NCBI GenBank assembly: GCA_001179505.1
Contig: CDMY01000571.1
Span: forward strand, 248,001 to 312,000
Reading direction: 5' to 3'
DNA from: Vitrella brassicaformis CCMP3155
Lineage: Eukaryota > Protista > Chromerida
DNA: 64,000 bases
Shown: piece after piece, positions 24,033 to 36,126 of the stretch
How positions within the stretch are numbered: the stretch's first letter is position 1
Layout of the letters: each line of letters begins with the position of its first letter
The notes under the pieces: model-generated
Databases searched by the model: none
The model's input: only the letters and a program-made list of their open reading frames with translations
What the model was told of the DNA's origin: nothing
Position numbers and translations under genes: made by a program

Positions 24033-26157
24033 TCAACCGCGCTGCAATACTGCCAGGTCGGCGCTGCCCGGCATGGCGACAGGACAAGGGGTGCGAAAAA
24101 CACCAACAACACAAGGACCTGCCGCCACAACAACAGCACACCACAATGCATGACCCCACACAAGCCCCCATCGATGGCTCGCAGTTGGGAAGTCTTGAAG
24201 CTGTCTTGTCCGTCTGTCTGCGTTGATGGCTGCTGCTCTCATCATCTCCTTACACTTCACCAAAGGCGTTGCTGTGCACGCACACAGACAGAGAACCGGA
24301 TCCCATTATTGCGCATACCTGAAAGCGCTGATGTCTACAAGATGAGGCTCTGAGTCACACACACACAGATGGAGAGAGAGCACCAATTCGCTGAGTGTGT
24401 ACGCTCCCCTCGGTCCCTCACCTGCAGTTGATGGTCTTGAGTGCCACTTATGTCCTCGTCTCTGCAGGTCTGCAAGACGAAGTACAGGTCTCGATCAGAT
24501 GCATTGTCTGCCGGCTCGTCACAGAGCCGTCTTCGATGGGAGGGGAGGGGAGGGGCAAAGAAGTCGGGCGGACTGAGTTGATGGTCGTTGGACGTCCGGG
24601 CCTGAATGTTCCAAGGAATCCGATCAACAAAATCCATAAACGATGATTCGGCGGACTGAATGAGAGTGTTTCTGGTGCATGAATGCGTCTACCTGCCGCA
24701 TGAAGCGACGGTGTATCTTTTGTCTGGCTTGTTCGTACTTCCTCCATTCCACCCATGCTGTCCTCTAACGCGCCGCCGTCGGCCTGCTCCACAGCCGACT
24801 TGGAAGACGAGGGGCGACTCGGCGGTTCGTTGGTCAGAAAGAGTCGTCGGAACGTGAGATGAAGAGCCAGAGGAAATATGAAATGCAGACAGCGATTGAG
24901 AACTCACTGACAATAAAGACACATGGGAATAATGCATGAGTGCAGGGGTATCGTGTGCAAAATGTTCACCTGCCTCAGGGACGGCGAAGGAGTCTCTTGG
25001 CTGATGTCTGTGGGGGCCGCTGCCTGCTGCTGCTGCTGCTGTGGGGAGGTGGCAATGGGGAAGGAGCGCTGCAGCTGCCTCTTGTCGACCGCCGGGCTGG
25101 GGGGCGAGTCGGGGAGGCTGAGGTCGGTGTAGGAGCGTTGGAGGGCTGTGGTGGATCGCCAAATGGGTGGCGAAGAGGCGACCGTACTGGCAAGAGACAA
25201 GCGGCGGGCGGCACCCTCCTGCACCTTGTCATCATCGCTGCACGGATGAGAGGACACAGACAGAAGCGACATATATATAAATCCATCGATGTCCCCCATT
25301 CATATACGTACGCTGTATGTACGCTTACCCCTTCACTGCTTTGGCGTCAGAGGGGCGGTCACTGAGGGCTTCGACGGCGCTGCTGAAGCTCTCCTCCAGC
25401 TGCTTCTGGACGCCCAGTCGCCACTCAGCACTGACACATATAGTTGACATACATACGCTCATGTGCCATGCATACCTGTTGCTATGGCTGTCGGTCGACT
25501 CACGCCTTTTGGCGATCTTGTTCCCTGGCTGCCGTCAGCTCCTGATTAGCCGCTCCACCCGGCCCTCTCTGGCCTTCTCGCTGGCCTGCAGCTTCTGCAC
25601 CGTGTCGCGCACCTCCCTGCCGACGTCCTCGGCGTCGATGCGCTGCTCCATGCGATGTATCTCCTGCCTGCAGCGCAGCGCAGCCCAGAGAGACATTTGA
25701 ATGAAGAGACCAAAGTCCAAAGTGACCGACCAGGTGCGGGTGGGCGATGTGCCTGCCTGCCTGCCACGAGTGTGTGCCCCTAAGTACATATGTAAGTATT
25801 GCTCACTCACTTGAGCCTCTCGTTCCTCCCGCGCTCCTCTTTCTGCTGAGGCTGGGGTGGGCCCAGACAGGGCGTTTTGGCGGTACAGAAGGCGTCAATG
25901 GCCGCCTCCGGGGAAGAGGAGAACAATGGACTCGAGAGAGTGCGATGAGTTTCTGTCTTACCAGCCTGACGCTGGGAGATTGCCAGTTCTGCGGTGGCCT
26001 TGGATGCCTCGGCACGCACCTGAACTAGTTCCTTGTCAAGCCGATGACGCCAAATGGCAGGTTGTCTTCTCGAGAATAATTGCTTCGAATTAAAATCATT
26101 CTCGGCAGTCTCCTGCCGAGCTGCCGAGAATCTTGCCGTTGCTGTCTTTGCACCCAT
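24033..26157 (-). CDS. Multi-exon coiled-coil / Ser-Pro-rich protein with an apparent 1-nt frameshift near 25550; may extend further left
   Basis: ATG 26157; exons EIHRMEQRIDAEDVGREVRDTVQKLQASEKAREGR / NQELTAAREQDRQKA|AEWRLGVQKQLEESF / GDDDKVQEGAARRLS with consistent GT-AG phases except at 25542-25558. Confidence 0.6.
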
Positions 26158-26250
26158 AGCTTAGTTTCTGACAAACTTTGTGTCCGTTAGCAAACGGCTG
26201 AGCTTCGCGAGCTTAGCTTGGCCGATCTCCCCACTAGCTAACGACGGAAG

Positions 26251-26426
26251 AAACCCTAAAGGTGCACATTTAGGGTTTCCTTTTCGGCCTCATGGCGATG
26301 TCAAGCGCCCGCTGGTGGTTAGAAAGGTGCGCTTCTCGAGTCGCGCGGCACAGTATCTCGCGAGCATAGTGCAATTCGATCAAGATCTGGGCCCAAGGGA
26401 CATTCAAACCCTAAACCCTGAACCCC
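26251..26426. promoter_or_regulatory. Telo-box cluster in a divergent promoter: inverted pair AAACCCTAAA / TTTAGGGTTT plus AAACCCTAAACCCTGAACCCC
   Basis: 26251-26260 and 26269-26278 are exact reverse complements; 26406-26426 has three degenerate units. Confidence 0.5.
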
Positions 26427-27177
26427 AACCGAGCGGCTTCAGGCTTCTGTTGCAGAACCTATAAAGACGTGCGCCGAGGTGGCGTTGTCAACCTTATTAC
26501 TTTGCCCGCTCCAGCTTGAGCTCCTCGGGATCCACCGGCCGGCACAATACTCGTCTTACTTATACTGTGATTGATTCACCAACTTTTCGCGAGTGGCGCG
26601 TTCTCTCTCGGGTTAAAAGGTGCGCCACTTCGTGCCATTGCCTGTGCTCTGGCGTCGCGGCCTGGGGCGGCGCGGGTGGCGAGAAAGGACCGGAAATGTC
26701 GGTCGCAAAAAGCTCGCAGATGGCCAACTCGGCAAAGACGGGAGGCTGGCGCGGGGCGCCACGCCGGTTCGAATCGCGCAGGCGGTCGATATGCGGGTCA
26801 GTAACGGAGAGTGTTACGGTAAGGTCAGGGTAAGGTCATGATTGTCCGTGACGTCCACATGCCCTTCTTCATGAGTGACGAGGGCGGCGAGTCGCTTTGT
26901 GCCTGCCTACTGACCGAAGCCACGGGTCAGCAGCGGGGGGGTCGCGGGTTGGAAGGAAGCGCCTTGTGCAACGGTTTGTTTGAGTGCATGCTGCCTGTGT
27001 CCTGATGTGGACAGTGTAGCGTCGGGCTTAGGAACAGGTGTTTCGTTAAACCACTTAAGCAAGCGGGTCTCCCAGAAGCCCGCGCAACGCGCGGGCGAAC
27101 GCTAGTCTTCCTTTGGCGAAGGAGGATTGAGAGGCTCAGGACCTGTGTGTGATTGATCTGTGTGTGTGTGTCACAGA

Positions 27178-28490
27178 TCATGACGGCCGACTGATTGCTG
27201 CAGTTCAAGTACTTTGAGCAGGTGAGGGAAGGCGAAGAGGCGTAGGATGGCGTTGAAACGCATTCATTCTGTTTTCTTTCTCGTCTGCAGGTGCTCGTGG
27301 CGGGTTCATTGAGGGCCAAGCTTGCGACATCTGCATCGAAGACATGGTTGACCGCAGCACTGCCGACATCGTGCTGCGGCAGGAGCTGGACATCGTGGAG
27401 ACCCTCGTCCCCGCCCCTCCAGTTCGACGTCGACGCCATCCTCTCGGGCAGCAACCAATCCCTGATGACACTCATAAAGAAAAAGGTTGCTCACAGTGCG
27501 TGATGTGAGAGGTTGGTGGTTGCGTGTGATGCTATGGTTTGCTTGCGCAGGCTACCTCCGCGGGCTGGCGTGACGACCCTGCTGTTGCTGACGCCATACT
27601 CGACAAGTCTGGTAGGTCGGCTGCATGCATGCATACACTATAACACACACACGTGGTTGCTGCTTGCGTGTAGGTGCCTGGCCCGCTTCACCTGCGAAGG
27701 CCGGTTCTCCTCTGAAGTCCGCCGCTGTCTGCTGCCACGGGTGCTCAAAAAAGAGGCCGGAAGTCATCCGCACCTTCCGGATAACCTACAAATGGCGGGC
27801 GGACCACGAGAGCAGTATATGGCGTGCGGTATACTGGACGCAGGGTGCTGTGCGACAGCACTGACCTCGGCATCAAGATGGCCATCAGCCTCATATCCGA
27901 CCTGGCCACGTCGCTTTCGAGCGACACGATTCACGCGTCGATACAAGACCTGGGCGACTTTCTCATGGGGACCACTCAGTCATCAAACATAGCCGGTGGA
28001 TAGCAGTGCTGGGTGAGGTGATCGGTGTCGGAATGCAGCACACGTGCTTCTTGCAGGCTCAGGTGTGTGCATTGCGTTTGGAGTGTCAGCGAGACCAGCA
28101 AGACGCCGCCAAGGCCAAACAGCACGACGAGAAGTTGCAGAAGGGAAGCCGAGAGGTACGCATCGCGGGAAAGATGGAAGAGGGGGCAGAAAGGCTGTGT
28201 GTCCGTCAGGTTGCGTGCGCGGATAGCCACGACAGCGAGCCTGCCGATCTCTCGTTAGCGACGCAGACGACGCTGATCAGCATACAGATGGTATGCGTCT
28301 CCTGCAGCAGCACCACCTGCAGGTGGGTATGACACTCACCACCGCGCACATACACCCGACACTTCCTGACGCTCCTCTTCGGTTCAGGCCGTCGCGGAGA
28401 ACGAGCACGTGAACGAGCGCGTCGTTGCGGAGAACGAGCGCCTCCGTCAAGAGCACAAGACTTTAAAGGACAGTCGAACAGCGCACACAC
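27178..28490 (+). pseudogene. Spliced hypothetical protein with coiled-coil C-terminus, disrupted reading frame
   Basis: GC3-rich frames DICIEDMVDRSTADIVLRQELDIVETLVPA and QFDVDAILSGSNQSLMTLIKKK are offset by one base at a C-run (~27413-27420); later exons VLCDSTDLGIKMAISL and AVAENEHVNERVVAENERLRQEHK. Confidence 0.5.
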
Positions 28491-28665
28491 ATGGGGACAC
28501 GGACACATAGAGCCGTACACCGAGGAACGGGGCAAGCTGGGTGTGAGGCTACTGCTCTTACGTTGTGTCGACGTGCTGTGTGTGTTGTGCAGCTGAACCA
28601 CCCGTCCAGACATCTCATACAAGCGGACAATGCATTTCAATGTGTGTGAGGATCGACCCATTTCA

Positions 28666-28696
<31 letters not shown>

Positions 28697-29208
28697 ACGT
28701 GTCCATCGCAAGTTCGTTCATTCACAGAGGTCGCGACCTCACACAAAGATGCATAGGCCGTAGTCGGGTGGATGCTCCTGTCATGATCCACCAATGTCGA
28801 ACACTGTATATCAGCCAATTCACACGTTCGATTCAGTCAGTGACCGCCACTTCAGTGTCCAACAAACAATCCTCAAACAGACAATGCCAGACAACCCAAT
28901 CACCCCCAAAAGAAGCAGTGCAGCGGAATGCAGAGAGGTGTTAGTTAAGGGAAACCGAAGTGTTTGTTGGTTTGTCTGTGTATGTGTGTGTGTGTATGTG
29001 TGTGTGTGTGTGTATTTGTGTGTGTGTAGAGAGAGAGGGAGACAAAAGGAGAGACAGCAATCACACCCCAAAACAGCAACAACAGCAACCACTTCTAATC
29101 ACTACGGACGATGGCCCAAAAAACGATGCACAGCAGAGGACACTCCCAATCAATCAGTGAAGCGAAAATCCCTGCCAAAACAGACCAAATTTGGTCCATT
29201 CATCAGCA

Positions 29209-32200
29209 TCAACGCCCCACTGCAGTGCCTTGGCGAGAGAACAGCGCCCTGAATCGCCCAATTGCTTTCTCAGCTTCAGCCCAGCCGACCTCTTCCACGG
29301 GATCTCTGCCGGACTTCTGGTGCTCCTTTGTGATGAGATCCATGCTCGCATCGAGCGTCTTCTGTATCCCCGCGCGTTTGATGAGGATCTCCTGTACGGA
29401 TTGGTTGCACTTCGGGCTTTTGAATGCAAGCTGGTGGAGCACCAATGCCACAAATCTACACAGAAAGGAGGACAGAAAGAGAGACACGTGCAGGCAGATG
29501 CGGTGCAGCAAGGAGAGCGGGTTGTTAGCAAAGCTCACTTGACAAGGCTCGTGTGTGCGGGATGCACTTCTATGCACTGAATGAGCAGCTCAACCCCCTG
29601 TCAATGCACCAACCGGGCGAGCACCGTCATACAACGTTACTTCGTGTTCATGAAATTGCACGTCTCACCTCATTCTCAATGATCTTGTAGTGCCCAAGAT
29701 CCATTCGGATGCAGAAACTGCATGTACAGACACAGAGACAAGCCAGACGACAATGGGGACTCCTCGACAGCGGCAATGGGATGATGACAAGTAAACCTAC
29801 CAATACACGACTTGCGCGACGGCGTTGCAGCACTTCTCATCCTCGAGAAATCTCCTCAGCCCTGAAAAAATCCTTGTGAAGCCATCTTCGTTAAGCAGCT
29901 TGGCGCGGAGAGTCGAGTCATTGGCCGACATAGATGCAATCGCATGGCAACCTAACCCAAACGCATCCTTGTCGTTCTGATGCAAGCACATGGCCTCCAT
30001 CACGTGACCTGTAAGTCGAGGACAAACACAGTGCGACCGATCAGGCGCTACATGCGTATCTCGTCACTTTCCAGTCAGTGCATACCCAGCGCCAGCTTCG
30101 TGTCGAAGCTCTGGATGCTCTCCTCGAGACCGATGACGGAAAACAGCTTGAATGCGCTCTGCTGGACCTTGGGGTCGTGCTTGTGGATGCCCACCAACTC
30201 CACCATGAAGCTCAGGTTCTCTCGGAAGGGGAAATGAGTCACTTGGCGGCGGTTCGGCCTGCTCTTGAAGCACATCTTGGCCAAGGCGTAGAAGCTCAGA
30301 TGCACCACGCGGGCGCTCATCGGACCATACTTGCGGCAGACTTCAGCAATGGCGAAAAGGCACACATGCAAACCTGTGTGGTTGGCAATGGAAGAGACCA
30401 GAAATGACGTTGGAACACAGGCCGCGTCTTTGTGGGGATGTCGCACCTCCAGCTCTGGGGCCGTTTGACGCTTCGCCAATCTTCTTCAGAGCCGCTTCGA
30501 TGATTGGAAGATCCTTTTCCAAATCTCCTGCGTGTGACAGAGATTTGAACAAGGAAAGTCGTTTGGATGTCGCTGTCTCTCTCCTGGTCTTTGGCACTTA
30601 CCTGTCAGGTTTCTGAGCATTCTGTTGATTTCCTCGGGCAGGTTGATGTCATCAACGCTCATATCATCAAGTTTGCAGCGAACGCCACCTTCCGCGACAG
30701 GCGACTCCTCCTGACCGGCGCTGCTGAGCTCGCCCTCGGCGCTGCTGAGCTTGGCCTCGGCGCTGCTCAGCTGGGCCTCGGCGCTGCTCAGCTTGGCCTC
30801 GGCGCTGCTCAGCTGGGCTTTCTGCAGACAAACCCCAAAATGTCTGGGGCTGTGCCGTGCGGTCGTGTCTCTCTCCTTTGGTTGCCTGTTCGTCTAGGGT
30901 GGTTGTGTAGTACGCTTGTTGGGCTGCCTTCTCCTCCTCCAGGGCCTTGTAGGCGCCGATCATCTCCTCCAATTCAGAGTCCTTTTTGCTGACCTGCACA
31001 TATTGGCACCAATCGTCCGTGCATCATGTTTTAGTCATGTTGTCCACTGACCTGCCCTCGCATGGCGTCCAGCTCTCCCTTGAGTGTTTCTACCAGATCT
31101 TTGAAGGTCTGCATCGTGTCCCTTTCTGCTGCGATCTGTCTTTTGAGATCATCATTGACGTCGTCCAGCCGCTTGCCCGCCTCCTTCTCTCGCTGAAGCT
31201 CCAACACAGCCTTCTTGAGGGCCTCGTCCTTCTCCTTGAACTGACGCCATGAAGCAAAGAACGAAACACGAAAATCACCGCAAGATGCATCTTTCGAAAA
31301 ATGACCTTCTTCACCATTTACCTGAGCCTCGAGCTCTGCCACACGATTCCTGAGAGATGCGACACTTTCTAGAGCCGTGCGCTCGCCCTCCTTGGCATCA
31401 GACACCTCCGAGTCCTTAGCTGCCAAGCGGGCCGTCACGTCCTCCTTCTCCTTGTTCAGGGCGGCAGCACTCTCGTCCGCTGTGGCCTTGGCGTCGGCGA
31501 GACGGCTCTCTAATGCCTTGGTCCGCTCCAGCTCCTCCTTTCGCATCTCCCCTATCCGCCGGTCTCTCTCGGCCAGCTCCGCCTCCTTTGTCGCCAGCTC
31601 CGCCTCCTTTGTCTTCAGTTTGCCGTCCAGCTCGGCCTCCTTTCTATCCTTGCTGTCGGCCTGTTTTTGAAACACTTGCAGTATCGACTCATAGTGCTCC
31701 TGCTGCCTGATCTTCTCTGGAGACACAGACGAGAGGAACAGAGACATAAGACACATGATTAGGCCTGCAGGCGTGTGGCTGGCGACTGATGTGTGTACCT
31801 GCTTTGAGAGTGTACACTTCTTGGTTGGCTTCATCCAGTCGGGCGCTTTTCTCTTTGAACAACTAGAGAGACAGAGCGAGAATGGGATGGCCACGGAAAG
31901 CCTAAGGATATTGTGTTTCATCCTAGCCCACTGTCTCCTTGAGTTTGTCCTCCGCCCCGGTGTTCACCAGCTTGCTCTCAATGTTCTGAACACACACACG
32001 CACACAGTCACACGATGCGAGCAGCTTTTGCGCACTCGTCTGTGCCGTATGCCATGTGTCCATTAATGCGACTGACCGCCAAGGCTTCGAGTATCTGCAC
32101 CTGGTTCTCCTCCAGGTCCTGCTTTTTGGCCAGAGCTACCTCAGGGACTTGTGCAGGAGGAGGATTCCGGGGCTGCATCAAGCACACAAGGACATGGAAA

Positions 32201-34289
32201 TCCATGCTTCGGGTGATGTGATATTCTGTTTGATTCTCACCGCTGCGGCGAGCAGATCTTGCAGTCGGGCTATCTCAGCCTCCAACTCGCAGAGCTTGCC
32301 GTCCTTTGGATCAAAGTTGATCTTTGGCTTGTTCTGTACCTGTGGACATAAAGCCAAAGCGCTCCTCTCTGAGGTGAGGCCGTCCATCTGCGGTCAGAGT
32401 GGTCAGGGTCTGTACCAGGGTAACACGTTCAGCGAACCGGAGTGTGCTGAGGGTGTCCTGCATCTGCTTCGCTCCGGGACAGATGCACGCCACCTATGCC
32501 ACCCAGAAACAGACGGAATGTATGCACATGCAAGTAGCCACAGTCCCCTTATTACCATCAAGGTTTTTGAATTTCCTCCGAGGGAATCCTGGAGCGCACA
32601 CACACAGCCGCACACACGAATGACATTCTCGAGAGACCTCTTGGCTCTCTGTCTGCTCGTTTCAACCTGCAGGACTCGCGTCAGCTTGGAGTCTCTGTAG
32701 GGGATGTGCGTTGGTTTGTGGGGTTGCTTGATCTGTTTGTTGAGCGCGTTGATAACGTTGCCTGCAGTAAGAGAGGTACATATGCAGTGATACAACTACT
32801 ATGGAAGACGGTACCGAGAGCAGAAAGGGACGTGTTGATTGACGTTGCCTCTTTCATGCCATCTCCTTCAACGCCTGACCAAAATGCAGTTTCTATGCTC
32901 AGGTCTTGTTGCGTGCCTCTGCCGCTGACCAGACTGCTTGACGTGCTCGCATCCAGCGAGATCGACAAGATTCAATTTCCCAAGACGAATCTATTGAAAT
33001 GCAGGCCAGCAAATTTGGCAGGTGACCATGTGTCTGCGCTCGTCGATGCGATGGCCTCACCTGCCTTCTGCCGCCTTCGGCCTCAGCTGACGACTCCACT
33101 ATCACAGTGAAGATCGAATGACTCCTGAGGCACGAGACAGACACAATTAAATGAAGCTTTTTGCGCCATCCTCTCTTGCCTTACCGTGACGAGTGTTGGT
33201 TCATGTCTGTGCACCGGTGGTGTTGGTATTTGCGGCCCTCCTCCAGCACTTCCATCATAGCATGCACGTTCTTTGCCTGAAAACATCGGTGCAAAAGCGA
33301 AGCTCGGGTAGGGCATGCTCCGTGCCGTGCATGGATGCTCACCTCTCTCTGCGTAAGCTTGTCGACCCAGGGGCTGTCCTCGCCCCTCAGTTCCAACGCC
33401 ACGCCTCTCTCCTCTTTGCTTCCCAGCAAATCGTAGAGTTTTTTATCATACATCTCCATGAAGGAGACACGAACAAGGAAGCGACGCTCGCCTCCCACTC
33501 TCGGAGTGCCTTGTTCAATGGGCGCTCGGGGCGTCTCAGGCATAGACAGGCTACCGCCGCTCGCTCGGCGCTCGAGAGGTTGGTGGGAGCCGATCGCGTC
33601 ATATATCTGAATTTTGTAAAGATCCGTACAATCGCACGGGGAGTGAGCACACACATGTCAAGGGCATCTCTTGGCTACCTGTTTGACGGCTCGTGGTATG
33701 ATGCCCAGCCGTTCATCGAAGATGGAGCTGTGAGTGTCGGAAGTGACTTTGGCTTCATGGGGGCCCATCTGATGACAATGACACTTATAATGTTACGCCT
33801 TTGTGCAGGATCAAGCCGCCTTACTTACCATTGTGTAGGTCTTTCCACTCCCAGTCAGCCCATATGCGAATATCGTCCCTGGAAAGCGGAGAGGCATAGC
33901 ATTACAGACACAGTTTCCTTCAAGTTCCTGCCAGCCTGTTTACCGTTGAAGCCCTGCAGAACCGATTCCACGATCTCTGCGGCTGTGGCATCGTACACAT
34001 CTTTCTGAGTGGATGCCCAGTCGAAGACCGCGTCGTACCTGCGCGTCTTTTCACTCGTCTGATTTATCCTGCATCACAACAGGCAACCACAATCGACGGT
34101 TTCCCCCTCTCTCCCTCTCCCCCCTCACAGAATGGAGGCATTGTCTGTGTCAATGACGAGATTCTCATCGCTCTTTTTGTCCTCTCCCTTCAGGAAGGGC
34201 CGGCAGCGAATGACGACCTTTATCGTCTCCTTGGACTCGCCCCCTGGTGCCCCGGGCAGGGCGAGTTCGGGAACTGGCGATGCGGACAT
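29209..34289 (-). CDS. Kinesin (kinesin-2/KIF3-like motor) with long coiled coil and ARM-like C-terminal domain
   Basis: ATG 34289 [18 protein letters not shown]; [18 protein letters not shown]; P-loop [10 protein letters not shown]; NQHSSRSH; LVDLAGCE; [12 protein letters not shown]; [23 protein letters not shown]; TLSTLRFA; neck [11 protein letters not shown]; coiled-coil exons 30700-31900; helical tail 29209-30640. Confidence 0.9.
30715..30820 (-). repeat. 21-bp coding tandem repeat x5 (heptad A[Q/K]LSSAE) in the kinesin stalk
   Basis: GGC(G)CTGCT(C/G)AGCT(G/T)GGCCTC-type units repeated five times on the plus strand. Confidence 0.85.
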
Positions 34290-34300
34290 CCTCTCACATC

Positions 34301-34368
34301 AACATCGAGCGGAGAAGCCCCAAAAACATCGAGCGGAGAAGCCCCAAAAACATCGAGCGGAGAAGCCC
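34301..34368. repeat. 24-bp tandem repeat x2.8 between divergent genes
   Basis: AACATCGAGCGGAGAAGCCCCAAA at 34301 and 34325, partial at 34349. Confidence 0.95.
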
Positions 34369-34487
34369 GCGGTGCGGGAGGTCGCCCTTCTATCGCTCAT
34401 TCCTCCCTCGGCCCCCATGGGCCCCCACCAAGCTCGCAGTCTCAAAAACCTTGGTGTGTGGAGGGTGTGTGTGTGTGTGTCTGAAAC

Positions 34488-35588
34488 ATGTCGCTCAAGG
34501 ATCCGTTGTGGTTGGGTGAGAATGAGGACAAGATCCAGTACCACAACTTTGTGCAGCGGTGGATGGACTTCCGCAAACACACCATCCGGCAGCGGCTGAG
34601 GGAGGGGGAGCGGCGGCAGGGCTACACGTGGGCGCAGCTGCACAACTACAAAGAGGACTACTGCCTGCCGAAGCTCCCACCCGACATGCCGGTCACTGCC
34701 GTGCCGCAGGTGGCCACCTGTGAGCTCTACTTCAACTGGGTCGACCGCTGCGTCACCCAGGGCATCCTCAACATGAGAGCCAGATGGCCACTCGCCAGAC
34801 TCCAAATCTGCAAACCAAACTGGGTCAGTCAAGAAGGGGAAGGAGAGAGACCATCTTGTGGTGGGACTGCCGCTTCCTCTGTGTGTGTCAGACGCTGCTG
34901 CGCCGCTGCTGCAAGCGCCGGGATGCGGCCATCTTGCAGGCTGTCGAGCAGTGGGAGGCAGACCACGTCAAGAGACTCTCACCCCAATACCAGTACGCAC
35001 CAAACGACAGTACTCTCACAAGAGAGGTGCAGCACTGATTTGTATTGGGTGGGTGTTTCATTCAGGCAGGAGTACGTTGACGACTTGGACCAGAAACTGC
35101 GCTACCTGTCGGTACGACGACACCTGCATATCACACCTGACCTTCCGCCCATTGAAACGCATCGCTGCTCTTTGCCACTCGTCTGTCTGTCTGTCTGGCA
35201 GTACATCGATGCCCGCACACAAGACGAGCTGGACCTCCTCAGGTGGGTACCTCAGTGACACAACAAAAGGCCGAGCGTGTGAAGGCGCCTCCCTCATTGT
35301 CAGGTTGTGTGTGTGAATGTATGCAGGTTGAAGCGTGACGTGGAGGATTTGAAGCGTCGCGCCAAGTATTTGGTCAAGAAGACCAGGCTGACCCCGAGCC
35401 CCTACCTGGCGTACCAACACCCAGAGGACATACCCTACTACATCAGTAAGACCACCCACTGCCAACTGCCCCTGCCTGTCCTCATCAACATGTTGCTCTG
35501 CCGCGGTTGCAACTGTGTGTGTGTGTGTGTGTGTGCTGCAGAGGAGGGAGGCGACATGCCGATACCCCGACAGACGACGCTGGGATGA
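34488..35588 (+). CDS. Multi-exon hypothetical protein (~250 aa), aromatic-rich, function not recognised
   Basis: ATG 34488 MSLKDPLWLGENEDKIQYHNFVQRWMDF; phase-consistent GT-AG exons TLLRRCCKRRD / QEYVDDLDQKLRYLS / YIDARTQDELDLLR / LKRDVEDLKRR; TGA 35586-35588. Confidence 0.85.
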
Positions 35589-36126
35589 GAGAAGTGAGTG
35601 CGGAAGCAAGACCAGAGAGATGCGTTTGCTCTCCAACGGGGGAGGAATGAGTGACAGGCGGTGAGGCAGGCAGGCAGGCAGTTGCGTGTTGGTTGTATTG
35701 CGCTGTGTGAGTGAGGGAGGTTGGTGGTTTCTGTGGGTCTGTATCATCTCCCTGATGACACAGCTGTGAGGGGACGGGGTCTCCCACACGTATTTGGGCA
35801 GCGTCTCTGGGAAGTTGGTTTGGATCCACAGGTCAGCCCAGCTATCGCCAGTGTACACACATGAGGGGTGAGGTGATGCGAACTGACCACTGCCAGTGGC
35901 CGTAGAGGATGCGTGATCCAGTGAGTCAGTGAGTTAGTGAGTGAGTGAGTGAGGGAAGTCTTTTTGCGTGATGGATGGATGTATGATTAATGATGAGTCA
36001 ATCCGTCAATTCAATTGACTACTGCCATTCAATAGCTGCGTACGCACACGACAAGGGTCGACTGTCACCATCGCACCAACACATGCACCACTCATGCGTA
36101 AATAAAATGTCATGCACTTCGCTACG

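Noticed and set aside
21900-24400. Helitron or Pack-MULE carrying the gene fragments
   Set aside because: No 3' hairpin plus CTRR end, TIRs or TSD could be located; kept only as a hypothesis.
26714-26790. tRNA-like A-box (TGGCCAACTCGG) and B-box (GGTTCGAATC) spaced 45 nt apart
   Set aside because: The acceptor, D, anticodon and T stems do not pair. At most a decayed Pol III-type element, which tRNAscan-SE would settle.
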